Under the pieces are notes generated by a model. That model was not told the DNA's origin, searched no databases, and saw only the letters and a program-made list of their open reading frames with translations. 30,019 nucleotides of DNA from Promethearchaeota archaeon (GTDB lineage Archaea; Asgardarchaeota; Lokiarchaeia; Sigyniarchaeales; SOKP01). Numbering within the stretch: the stretch's first letter is position 1; the number at the start of each line of letters is the position of its first letter. The stretch spans positions 43,137-73,155 of the forward strand of contig JBHLMP010000012.1 of NCBI GenBank assembly GCA_048938025.1. Reading direction: 5' to 3'. This document shows positions 1 through 8,270 of the stretch, piece after piece. A program made the translations under genes and the position numbers.

Positions 1-22
1 TTTTTTTCATTTTTTTCTTCAT
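1..22 (-). CDS. Possible 5' end of a gene running off the left edge (MKKKMKK...), divergent from the histone
   Basis: The reverse complement of 1-22 reads ATG AAG AAA AAA ATG AAA AAA, open to the edge. It is too short to verify. Confidence 0.25.
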
Positions 23-132
23 AAAATTAAGTGTGAACCAAAATCTTTAAATATCTAAAAGATGTATAACTATTTAATAAACATCTAAATATAATCAAAA
101 AAATATTAAAAAATATTTAAAATTATAATCGT

Positions 133-139
133 GGAGGAG
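133..139 (+). promoter_or_regulatory. Shine-Dalgarno site of the histone gene
   Basis: GGAGGAG is complementary to the archaeal 16S 3' end (GAUCACCUCCU) and lies just upstream of in-frame ATT codons at 144 and 147. Confidence 0.75.
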
Positions 140-146
140 ATCTATT

Positions 147-362
147 ATTAGTGAATATATTTCATGGAGCCCTATCAGACGCTTAATGAAACACAATGGT
201 GCTATAATCGTAGCAAGAGATGCTGTGGATGAACTTGTCGATTGGATGGGCCAATCGGCAGAAAAAATAACAAAAGTAGCCTTAAACTTAACTAAACACT
301 CGAAAAGGAAGAAAGTGACAAAGGACGACATTCTTTTAGCCATTAAATACTTTAAAGGCTAA
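147..362 (+). CDS. Archaeal histone (HMf-like histone fold, about 71 aa), not in the ORF track; probable ATT start
   Basis: Manual translation gives (M)SEYISWSPIRRLMKHNGAIIVARDAVDELVDWMGQSAEKITKVALNLTKHSKRKKVTKDDILLAIKYFKG*. The P-I-x-R-L-M-K alpha1 and H-x-K-R-K-x-V-x-x-x-D-I-x-L-A (L2/alpha3) motifs match the archaeal histone fold. There is an in-frame TAA at 126-128 and the stop is at 360-362. Confidence 0.93.
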   Translation: MSEYISWSPIRRLMKHNGAIIVARDAVDELVDWMGQSAEKITKVALNLTKHSKRKKVTKDDILLAIKYFKG

Positions 363-426
363 AGAATAGGCTTCTCTAAAGCAAAAATAAGATAATTTGA
401 GTTAAATATAATCCAAATCATTTAAT

Positions 427-450
427 TTCTTTTTTTTTCTTCTTATTTTT
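427..450 (+). terminator. Oligo-T tract, candidate archaeal terminator for the histone transcript
   Basis: The long T-rich run (ttcttttttttttcttcttatttttt) starts about 65 nt after the histone stop. Confidence 0.45.
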
Positions 451-556
451 TGTAACCTTTACTCTCTAATCTCTTAAAAATTTTAATCTTAAGATTTAAA
501 ATAAGAAGTCATTAATATTGTAATGGATGCAATATCTTTTTTTTTCATATTTTTTG

Positions 557-605
557 CCATAACTGTGATTATAGTTATGCATTAATCATAACATCACAGT
601 TATGG
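557..605. repeat. Nested inverted repeat / hairpin in the histone-helicase intergenic region
   Basis: CCATAACTGTGAT (557-569) is the exact reverse complement of ATCACAGTTATGG (593-605). The inner pair GTTATG (574-579) / CATAAC (587-592) closes a 7-nt loop. T-runs flank both sides. Confidence 0.85.
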
Positions 606-693
606 ATTTTTTTTAAAAAATTAATAAGAATAATTATAATAAATCACTACTGTCTCTTATTTTAATTATATTAATTAAACTAATAAAAAATGT

Positions 694-2847
694 ATGAATT
701 TAGGGTCTCAGGAGTATTATAACGGACTTTATTTGAAAAAGAATGAAGTTCTTTATCGACATTATCAAAGTAATATAGTTAATCGTTGTAAAAATAAAAA
801 TTCCTTAATTATATTGCCAACTGGTTTAGGAAAGACAATAATAGGCATTTTAATAATAGCAAATACCCTAATAAAATATTCCAAGTCAAAAATTATTATA
901 CTTGCTCCAACACGACCCTTAGTTTCACAACATAGGTCATCCTGTCAAAAATTTCTAGATATAAATACTGAAAAAATTGTATTACTTACCGGAAAAATAC
1001 CTCCAGAGAAACGAACATTATCATTTAACAATTCTAGAATAATTATTTCTACTCCCCAAGTAATTAAAAATGACTTAATAAGGGGAAGATATGATCTGAC
1101 TCAAGTTTCACTGATAATTTTTGATGAGGCTCATAAAACAAAAGGAAATTATTCATACAATTTTATATCAAAAGAATATGTTAACACTTGTAATGATCCT
1201 TTAATTTTAGGATTAACAGCTTCCCCAGGAAAGGATTTTGAACATATCCAAGAAATTTGTGATAATTTGTGTATTGAAAATATTGTGTTTAAAAATTATG
1301 AGGACAAGGATGTTAAAGATTATGTTTATGACATTGACACATATATTAATTTGGTAGATTTACCACTAGAGATTCTTGAAATAAGCCAAATTTGGGATAA
1401 TTTATTTGAAAATTTTTTAAGATTCTTCATAGAGAGAAAATTAATAAATCCAAATAAACGATATTATTCAAAATTAGATTTTTTAAGAATTTCTCATGAT
1501 TTAACTTTATCCTTGAAATATCTAGATTGTGTTGAATCAGAAATGTTTGATGAGGAATTTCTAAATCATTTATTTTTTCAAGATCCTAAACTAATTGATA
1601 TTGTTAATGAAAATCGTTATGATATCCATTCAATTTTCTCATATTGTTCAACCTGTATTTCTATACTTCATGCAAAAGATCTATTAGAAACTCAAGAAAT
1701 TTCTCTTTTTAAATCTTTTTTAGATAAAATTATATCTAAGGCTGAACGAGATGTATTATCTGCTAAAAGAATTGTTAATTCTGAACAATTTAAACTTACA
1801 AATATTATTATTGAAAAAGAAAGTTTATCTAAATTATCTCATCCAAAGATAAATAAAGCAATTGAAATTATTAAAGAAGAAATTGAAGAATTTCAAAATA
1901 GAAAAATCATTCTTTTCACACAATATAGAGAATTAGCAGAATATTTGAAGAATAAGTTAAAAAAAGAATTCAGGAATGAACTTATTATAGAGAAATTCAT
2001 TGGACAGACAACTAAACAAGATGATATTGGATATTCACAAGGAATCCAAATAGAAATACTTGAAAAATTTCGCAATAATGAAATCAATATATTAATCGCA
2101 ACAAGTGTAGCTGAAGAAGGTTTGGATATTCCAAATGTTGATGCTATAATTTTCTATGAATCTGTTCCTTCAGAAATAAGGTTAATTCAAAGACGTGGTA
2201 GAACAGGAAGAAATAGTCCTGGGAGATGCTATATTCTGTTAACTGAAGGAACAGTTGATATACCCTTCCATATTGTTGCTCGAAGAAAAGAAAAATTAAT
2301 GAATTCAGTATTATTAAATAAAGAGCAGTTAAAATTACAGAAGAATCTAAAAAGAAAGAAAATTACATTCCTTTCTCCTAAAAAAGAATTTTCAGAAATG
2401 GATATAATCTATAATTTTAGAGAAAGGAAAGAAAGAGAAATAGAACTTTTAGCGAACCGTTCAATAGAAGATATCATTTCTCAATTAGACAAATTTTATA
2501 TAAGTGCAGATTATAAATCATTCAAAGACTGTGGTATAACCTTTTTTTCTGATTTAATAAAAATGGATGATATTAATTTAAAAAATAAAATGTTAAACAT
2601 AAAAAGGAAGACCCCTAAAATACAAAAAGAGCATAAAGCTTATTTAAATAAGAATGTTAAATGCTTGATTAATTTAGTTAAAACTTACAGTAAAAGTGGA
2701 AAAATAAACTTTAAAAAGTTTGAAGAGCTTGCTCGAAATGAAGATATTGAAAATAAGAAATTTCGTATTCATTTTAATCAAGCTTGTTATTTAGGATACT
2801 TAAAAAAACAAAATGATTTTGTACATTTTGTTATGGATTATGAATAA
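694..2847 (+). CDS. hef: Hef/FANCM/Mph1-family SF2 DEAH helicase lacking the ERCC4 nuclease domain
   Basis: Q motif RHYQ; motif I LPTGLGKT; Ia APTRPLV; II DEAH followed by GNYSY; III LTASPG; IATSVAEEGLDIP; VI IQRRGRTGR. No ERKxxxD nuclease motif is seen in the C-terminus. Confidence 0.9.
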   Translation: MNLGSQEYYNGLYLKKNEVLYRHYQSNIVNRCKNKNSLIILPTGLGKTIIGILIIANTLIKYSKSKIIILAPTRPLVSQHRSSCQKFLDINTEKIVLLTGKIPPEKRTLSFNNSRIIISTPQVIKNDLIRGRYDLTQVSLIIFDEAHKTKGNYSYNFISKEYVNTCNDPLILGLTASPGKDFEHIQEICDNLCIENIVFKNYEDKDVKDYVYDIDTYINLVDLPLEILEISQIWDNLFENFLRFFIERKLINPNKRYYSKLDFLRISHDLTLSLKYLDCVESEMFDEEFLNHLFFQDPKLIDIVNENRYDIHSIFSYCSTCISILHAKDLLETQEISLFKSFLDKIISKAERDVLSAKRIVNSEQFKLTNIIIEKESLSKLSHPKINKAIEIIKEEIEEFQNRKIILFTQYRELAEYLKNKLKKEFRNELIIEKFIGQTTKQDDIGYSQGIQIEILEKFRNNEINILIATSVAEEGLDIPNVDAIIFYESVPSEIRLIQRRGRTGRNSPGRCYILLTEGTVDIPFHIVARRKEKLMNSVLLNKEQLKLQKNLKRKKITFLSPKKEFSEMDIIYNFRERKEREIELLANRSIEDIISQLDKFYISADYKSFKDCGITFFSDLIKMDDINLKNKMLNIKRKTPKIQKEHKAYLNKNVKCLINLVKTYSKSGKINFKKFEELARNEDIENKKFRIHFNQACYLGYLKKQNDFVHFVMDYE

Positions 2848-2857
2848 AATGAAATAA

Positions 2858-5800
2858 TCACTTAATTTTTTCATCTTTTTCCTTTTGTAGAAAGTAATAT
2901 ATTAAAAGAGCACCTGTAATTATCACAGGTACTGCAATTACAGCAGGATTCCCTCCACTGAAAAGGAATAAGTAGTAAGAAATGGTTACAATTGAAGTAA
3001 CTAAAGCTATAATGGGTCCATATTGTCTAGCAAAATTAGTTATATGGCGTAAAACCATGTTTAATTTGAAATTTGTGCTTTTAATTACTTCTAGTTCAGT
3101 TTCATCTAATTCGTCTAATATATCAGGATTTTCATAATATATCCCAAACCTAGGGTCATATTTACCACTTAAATCTCCGTCACTAATAAGATTTAATAAG
3201 TGATCTTGTATATTTTGCTTTTTTATTTTTAATTCATGATTTAGAAACCCTATAGTCAAGAATTCATTTGTTACTGCTCTAATTGTCATATCAATATAAG
3301 ATTTTAGTACTAATCGTTCTAAGGATTTAACTTTTTCACTTAGGATTTCGTTATATTCATTAATGAATTTATTATAATCTTCTAAAATGTATTTTGATAT
3401 TTGACCGAAATTCTTTGATTGCTTATTAAATTCTCTTATTTTATTATTAATATTTTTATTGATTTCTTTAATCTCCATTTCAATATTCTTTGCTCTCTTT
3501 TGAACTATTAAATTTATTCTTTTAAATTCTTTAATTTCAATGTTGTCTTCTACTTTTCTTTCTAAATTACCGAGTAATTGGCTTAAATAAATTTTGTAAT
3601 CATTAATTAAGCTCATTAATTTTTCTCGGAAAGATTCATGTTTCATCATGGTTATCTGATCATTGACTTCTTTAATTTTTTCCTCAAATTCATTTAATAA
3701 ATTGTTTTTTTTCTTAACAAATAATTCCCTGATTTCAGGAACTAATTTATTTGAATCCTCAGTTTTATTCCAAAGTTTTTTTAATTTCTCTTCAATTTTA
3801 TGTTGAGTTTGGATAGACTTTTCTTCAATTATTTTTTTTTTAGATTCAAAATCTTCTTGGATCTCTCCATGAGAATGAATGTATTCTGTTTTTTTGAGTA
3901 TAGCTTTAAAATTTTGCATAGTTTCAATTTTTAAATTGTTATATTGTTTATCGATGACATTTATCATTTCATTAAAGAGAGCTAGACTAGTATTTATTTT
4001 TCTAATTGCTAGTTTATCATTTTCTATAACAGATTCGAAATAACCCTTGGTTTCAACAAATTCTACTCTTTCTTGATCAATCTGAAGCTCATTTACCTTA
4101 TTATAGAATTGGTTTGGGATGACATTTTCAAAAATTTTCAAATCATTAATTCGATTTTGAAGTTCAAGCATGTTTACATTTAAAGTTCTTTTTCTTATAC
4201 TTGAATCGTAAAGTGCCAAAATTTTTCCTATTCTTTCTCGGTTTAATTTTAATAATTGATTGTCAATGTAGTTTCTAAGTTCTTTATTCAAATAATAATT
4301 ATCTGTATAAACAAGCAAGTATTTATCCTCTTCATTAAGCTCTGCATTTATTTTAGAGATATCAATCATATCTTTAATCTTATTTATTAAAACTTTACAA
4401 CTTAGGTTTAAATCATTTTTTAAATCGCTTAATTTAATATAATTTGATTTTTTCTCATAAGCAAATAAGTTTATTCTTTTTGAAATAATTTCATTTATAT
4501 ATCTATCTTTTAAGGCTGGTATCTCATTACTTAGAAATTCCTTAAATTTTTCCCATTGTATTATGGTTACTTTCGATTTTGCTTCGAAATCTTCAATAGT
4601 TTTTTTACAATTAATTAATTTTTTTAGATATATATTATTAGCAGCTTCAAATATGGCTATAAAATCATCAAAACCTTTAATAACGTTTTTGATTTTGAGA
4701 TTATTCATTTGATCTAATTCATTTTTATAGTTATTTAATTCTGTTTTAAATTTACTAACTTCTTGTGATACAAAATTATCAAAATCTTCAATTTGAGTAC
4801 GATTCCTCTCAATAACCACTTTATTCTTTAATGATTGGACCCTTTCTGCTATTAGTTCAATGATATTCTCTTCCAAATTATCTAATGCTTCCAATAAATA
4901 CCCATAGAGAAGATAAAGCTTTTGTTTGGATTTAATATCTTTTTTAACTTGTAATTGGATTTCTTTAATTTCTTTTGTTTTTTTATCTAAAAGTACATCA
5001 GATTCTTGTTTAATAACATTAAATGCTTCTTGAAATAGATTATGATCAGTTATATTCTTAGCTTTTTCACTTATTTCCAATATCTCAATTTTTACTCTTT
5101 CTTTAATATCATCAATCTTTCTCATATTAGTATTAAAGAATTGAAAACCTGAGGTATAATAGCTAAAGATAGATTCAAAATTTTCTTTAAAACTTAACCA
5201 ATCACCAATAACTTTTTTATGTTTACTTAGAACACTTTTTTCTTTTGTAGTAACTTGTTGAGAGACATTGTAAATTATATTATCATATTTACTGACACTT
5301 TGTGAAATTTTATCAAATTCTTGAACAATAAGATCGAATTTTTCATTACTATAACCTTGTTCGAGAGTTTCCCTAAACAAATTTCTAAAATCATCAAGTT
5401 TTTTTGTAAATTCCTCAGTAATACTACCAATTTTTGCTTCTAATTTTTCTATTAGGTTACTTATATCTCTTAGATTCTCTTTTTCGAAAATTTTCTCTTT
5501 TAAATATAACTCAATTTCGCTTAATCTTTTTTGTATTACAGAATATACTTTATTCCATTGAGTAATATCAGACTTTAGCAATGTCTGAATATTGAGATAA
5601 TATAAATCTTCATTAAATGAATTTTCAATATTTTCATTAAGAAAGCCGGCATCCATTAATGCATTTCTTACAATAAATTTTAACCTTTCTTTTGCATAAT
5701 CAATCTCATCTAAGATTAGATAAGATTCAATTTCATCCTTTATTTGTGATGTAATATTTTTTAATTTTAAAGTCATATTATAAATATCGTTCTTAATATC

Positions 5801-7240
5801 CTTCAATTTCTCTTTTTCATGTAATAATTGCTCTAAATTTATCTCAGTATCACAAATTATTATTCTTTCAAGAAAGAAATCCAAATAAAACCTCTTCTTC
5901 ACGATTTTACCCTTAAAAAAATTACGTTGAATCAATTGATCTACCAAGGGAATAATATCATCTTTTAATTTTAAGGATTTAAATGGGTATTTGGATTTAC
6001 AATCCTTAAATATTTTTTTAAGGGATATTATGCTCTTATTTGAAAGTTGATTATATATCTCTTGAGCAACAATTCTTTTCCCTTGACTTAGGTTACGTAT
6101 AAAATTTTTAAATTCAATCTTATTATTTAAGATTTTTAAATTAAAATTATAGCTTAGATTTATATATGAAATTATTTCTTCAATTACATCTGATAAACCA
6201 AATGTACTTTTTATTTGATTTAAATCGATGTATTTCTCTTTTTCTAATTGTCTAAATAATAATCTCTCAATTTCATTGATAAATTTTTTCCATATCAATG
6301 ACAAAAGAATGATTAATTTTGAAATATCAATTAATTTATTTAAATTCCACCCTGCCTGATTATTTAATATTTCAATTATTTTTAGATTAATAAAAGAAAA
6401 AATACCAGCAGGATTATAATCTAATAACCATGAAAAATTCTCAAGGCCATATACTATCCAAAAGGTAGTATCAATTTCTCCAATTTGTCTAAAACTGAAT
6501 CCACCATTTTCTCTTTGAAATTGGTAGAAATATTGAAGATCCCTTTCACTAACTTCAGAATTTAGATCTAACAATTTCAAACATAATAACTTAAAAATTA
6601 AAGAAGGATTTCTTTTTTTATCACTAATATATGAATTAAATTTGTCCTTTTTTAAACGGATATCAAATCCTAGAATAGTAAATATTTCTATTACGTAATA
6701 TAATGTCTTTGCTGCTAAAGGTTTTTTATCAATTTCACAATTTTTTTCCAGACAATGTAAAAATCCATTTCCTTTCCTGTGAGATAAAATAAAATTTATA
6801 ATCTCTTCTCTACCTTGGCTTTGATCCGATATGGCAAAGTATTCATTCAAAAGCCCTAAGATTTTCAAACTAGAGAGTGCAAAATAAGTGGACCAAATAT
6901 CAGGTATATTTTGGGAATCAGGTTTGAATTTAAAACCTATTTGATTATTTTTATGAATTTCGCATTTTTTAATATAATCAAATATTTTATCTCTAAATTC
7001 ATGCTTATCTTCTTTAAGATATTTTCTTAATAACAGAAACCAATAAATCATTTTAATGTTTAAAGACTCATTAACAAGTAGAGTTTTGTTAAAGTTTTGA
7101 TAAAATTCTACCACTTTATCATAACCACTGAAATAATAAGTCCCTAGTTCTCTTCCTTTTTTGAGCACAAATGATTTAAATGGTTCCTTTTTAAATTCCG
7201 TAATATATGGATAAGCAGTTTTTTGTTCAATTACTGTCAA
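2858..7240 (-). CDS. Large membrane-anchored protein: N-terminal prenyltransferase/squalene-oxidase-like repeats, PCI-like winged helices, long coiled coils, two C-terminal TM helices
   Basis: TTG start after an AGGGGT SD-like site. Repeats GFKF..PDIWSTYFALSSLKILG and QRENGGFS..DTTFWIV. WH/PCI-like segments LVDQLIQRNFFKGKI, IKDMIDISKINAELN and LLNLISDGDLSGKYD. Heptad-rich K/E/N stretches. Two hydrophobic helices and a basic tail at the C-terminus. Confidence 0.8.
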   Translation of the reverse strand: MTVIEQKTAYPYITEFKKEPFKSFVLKKGRELGTYYFSGYDKVVEFYQNFNKTLLVNESLNIKMIYWFLLLRKYLKEDKHEFRDKIFDYIKKCEIHKNNQIGFKFKPDSQNIPDIWSTYFALSSLKILGLLNEYFAISDQSQGREEIINFILSHRKGNGFLHCLEKNCEIDKKPLAAKTLYYVIEIFTILGFDIRLKKDKFNSYISDKKRNPSLIFKLLCLKLLDLNSEVSERDLQYFYQFQRENGGFSFRQIGEIDTTFWIVYGLENFSWLLDYNPAGIFSFINLKIIEILNNQAGWNLNKLIDISKLIILLSLIWKKFINEIERLLFRQLEKEKYIDLNQIKSTFGLSDVIEEIISYINLSYNFNLKILNNKIEFKNFIRNLSQGKRIVAQEIYNQLSNKSIISLKKIFKDCKSKYPFKSLKLKDDIIPLVDQLIQRNFFKGKIVKKRFYLDFFLERIIICDTEINLEQLLHEKEKLKDIKNDIYNMTLKLKNITSQIKDEIESYLILDEIDYAKERLKFIVRNALMDAGFLNENIENSFNEDLYYLNIQTLLKSDITQWNKVYSVIQKRLSEIELYLKEKIFEKENLRDISNLIEKLEAKIGSITEEFTKKLDDFRNLFRETLEQGYSNEKFDLIVQEFDKISQSVSKYDNIIYNVSQQVTTKEKSVLSKHKKVIGDWLSFKENFESIFSYYTSGFQFFNTNMRKIDDIKERVKIEILEISEKAKNITDHNLFQEAFNVIKQESDVLLDKKTKEIKEIQLQVKKDIKSKQKLYLLYGYLLEALDNLEENIIELIAERVQSLKNKVVIERNRTQIEDFDNFVSQEVSKFKTELNNYKNELDQMNNLKIKNVIKGFDDFIAIFEAANNIYLKKLINCKKTIEDFEAKSKVTIIQWEKFKEFLSNEIPALKDRYINEIISKRINLFAYEKKSNYIKLSDLKNDLNLSCKVLINKIKDMIDISKINAELNEEDKYLLVYTDNYYLNKELRNYIDNQLLKLNRERIGKILALYDSSIRKRTLNVNMLELQNRINDLKIFENVIPNQFYNKVNELQIDQERVEFVETKGYFESVIENDKLAIRKINTSLALFNEMINVIDKQYNNLKIETMQNFKAILKKTEYIHSHGEIQEDFESKKKIIEEKSIQTQHKIEEKLKKLWNKTEDSNKLVPEIRELFVKKKNNLLNEFEEKIKEVNDQITMMKHESFREKLMSLINDYKIYLSQLLGNLERKVEDNIEIKEFKRINLIVQKRAKNIEMEIKEINKNINNKIREFNKQSKNFGQISKYILEDYNKFINEYNEILSEKVKSLERLVLKSYIDMTIRAVTNEFLTIGFLNHELKIKKQNIQDHLLNLISDGDLSGKYDPRFGIYYENPDILDELDETELEVIKSTNFKLNMVLRHITNFARQYGPIIALVTSIVTISYYLFLFSGGNPAVIAVPVIITGALLIYYFLQKEKDEKIK

Positions 7241-7475
7241 ATATAATTAAAACCCCTAAAATAATAATTTTAAAATATTAATATTTTCTTTTAGGATCAA
7301 ATATAATAATATGAGCATTTATTTTTTTGGGAATATTTTTATATTTGATTTTTCAATCTACTAAAAAGAAATAAAACTCAACCTCTTTTGTAAAATATCA
7401 CTAAATATTAATAACTTGCTAAAGTTAAAAAGAGATGGGATACAACTTATTCATTTCAAAAAACCCTTCTAATCC

Positions 7476-8105
7476 CTAATTTTGTGTGCTAGATAATTTT
7501 TTACCTAGTTTTTTGTTCATATAGAGACAAACTGCTGCAAAAAGGAATGAAACTGTAATGATATATAAAATATTCCTTAATAAAAATAGATTTATTCGTC
7601 TAGGGAGATATAAATAAACATACCACGCTTCAGATAAACTTGAAGTCCCATTTGGCGAAGAATCTTTTGCCCAAACCTGTATAATGTAAAAAATGCGATT
7701 TACATAAGTACTTAAATTCTCCCATTTATAAGTCCATGAATCACCTTCAGATGAGGTCATTGAAGCATTTATTAATAAATTTGTCAAATTCGAAATTTGG
7801 ACTCGAACATTTCCAGGTAAAAGAGGATATTCATCTGTTATATTTACAATTATCTCATAAGATTTCGTTTCTATTATAGTACCATTTATATTAGGTTGAA
7901 TAAAAGTGATATTTGGACCAGTTAAATCAGGTTGATTGAGATATATTGAGAACTCATCCTGATATACTTCTCTATTTTCATCGTTATTGTTCAAAATAAA
8001 ATCTATATTCAGGTTTAGTGCTATAATTGTTACTGTAGAAAATATCAAACATACCATAATGAGTGGAAATTTAACTTTATTATTCCTTTTTAGCACCTTT
8101 GTCAC
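7476..8105 (-). CDS. Membrane/surface protein with an Ig-like (Big/FN3-type) domain between N- and C-terminal TM helices
   Basis: N-terminal hydrophobic helix; DLTGPNITF..IIVNITD..WTYKW..YIIQVWAKDSSPNG beta-sandwich pattern; several N-x-S/T sequons; C-terminal TM followed by a lysine-rich tail. Confidence 0.7.
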   Translation of the reverse strand: MTKVLKRNNKVKFPLIMVCLIFSTVTIIALNLNIDFILNNNDENREVYQDEFSIYLNQPDLTGPNITFIQPNINGTIIETKSYEIIVNITDEYPLLPGNVRVQISNLTNLLINASMTSSEGDSWTYKWENLSTYVNRIFYIIQVWAKDSSPNGTSSLSEAWYVYLYLPRRINLFLLRNILYIITVSFLFAAVCLYMNKKLGKKLSSTQN

Positions 8106-8270
8106 AGAAACTTGATTGAAATATTTAAGTTAGAAATAATTCTAATTTTAATATAAATTTTAAGTAATTGAAGGAAGTCCTGTCTTAAAATTGTAAAAGA
8201 TAAGGATGTCTTCTATCAATCTTCAATTAAGAATAATGAAAACAAATAAAGAAAAAAATAAAAAAATTAT

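Noticed and set aside
131-186. GTG at 131 or 151, or ATG at 186, as the histone start
   Set aside because: Both GTGs are out of frame and hit stops quickly. ATG 186 removes half of helix alpha1 and has no SD.
95-343. 82-aa minus-strand ORF in the ORF track
   Set aside because: It is the antisense shadow of the plus-strand histone gene and has no recognisable motif.
1893-2087. 64-aa minus-strand ORF
   Set aside because: Antisense to the conserved helicase core.
2858-7240. SMC/Rad50 or chemoreceptor call for the long coiled-coil protein
   Set aside because: No Walker A/B, signature, hinge/zinc-hook or MCP hairpin motif is present.
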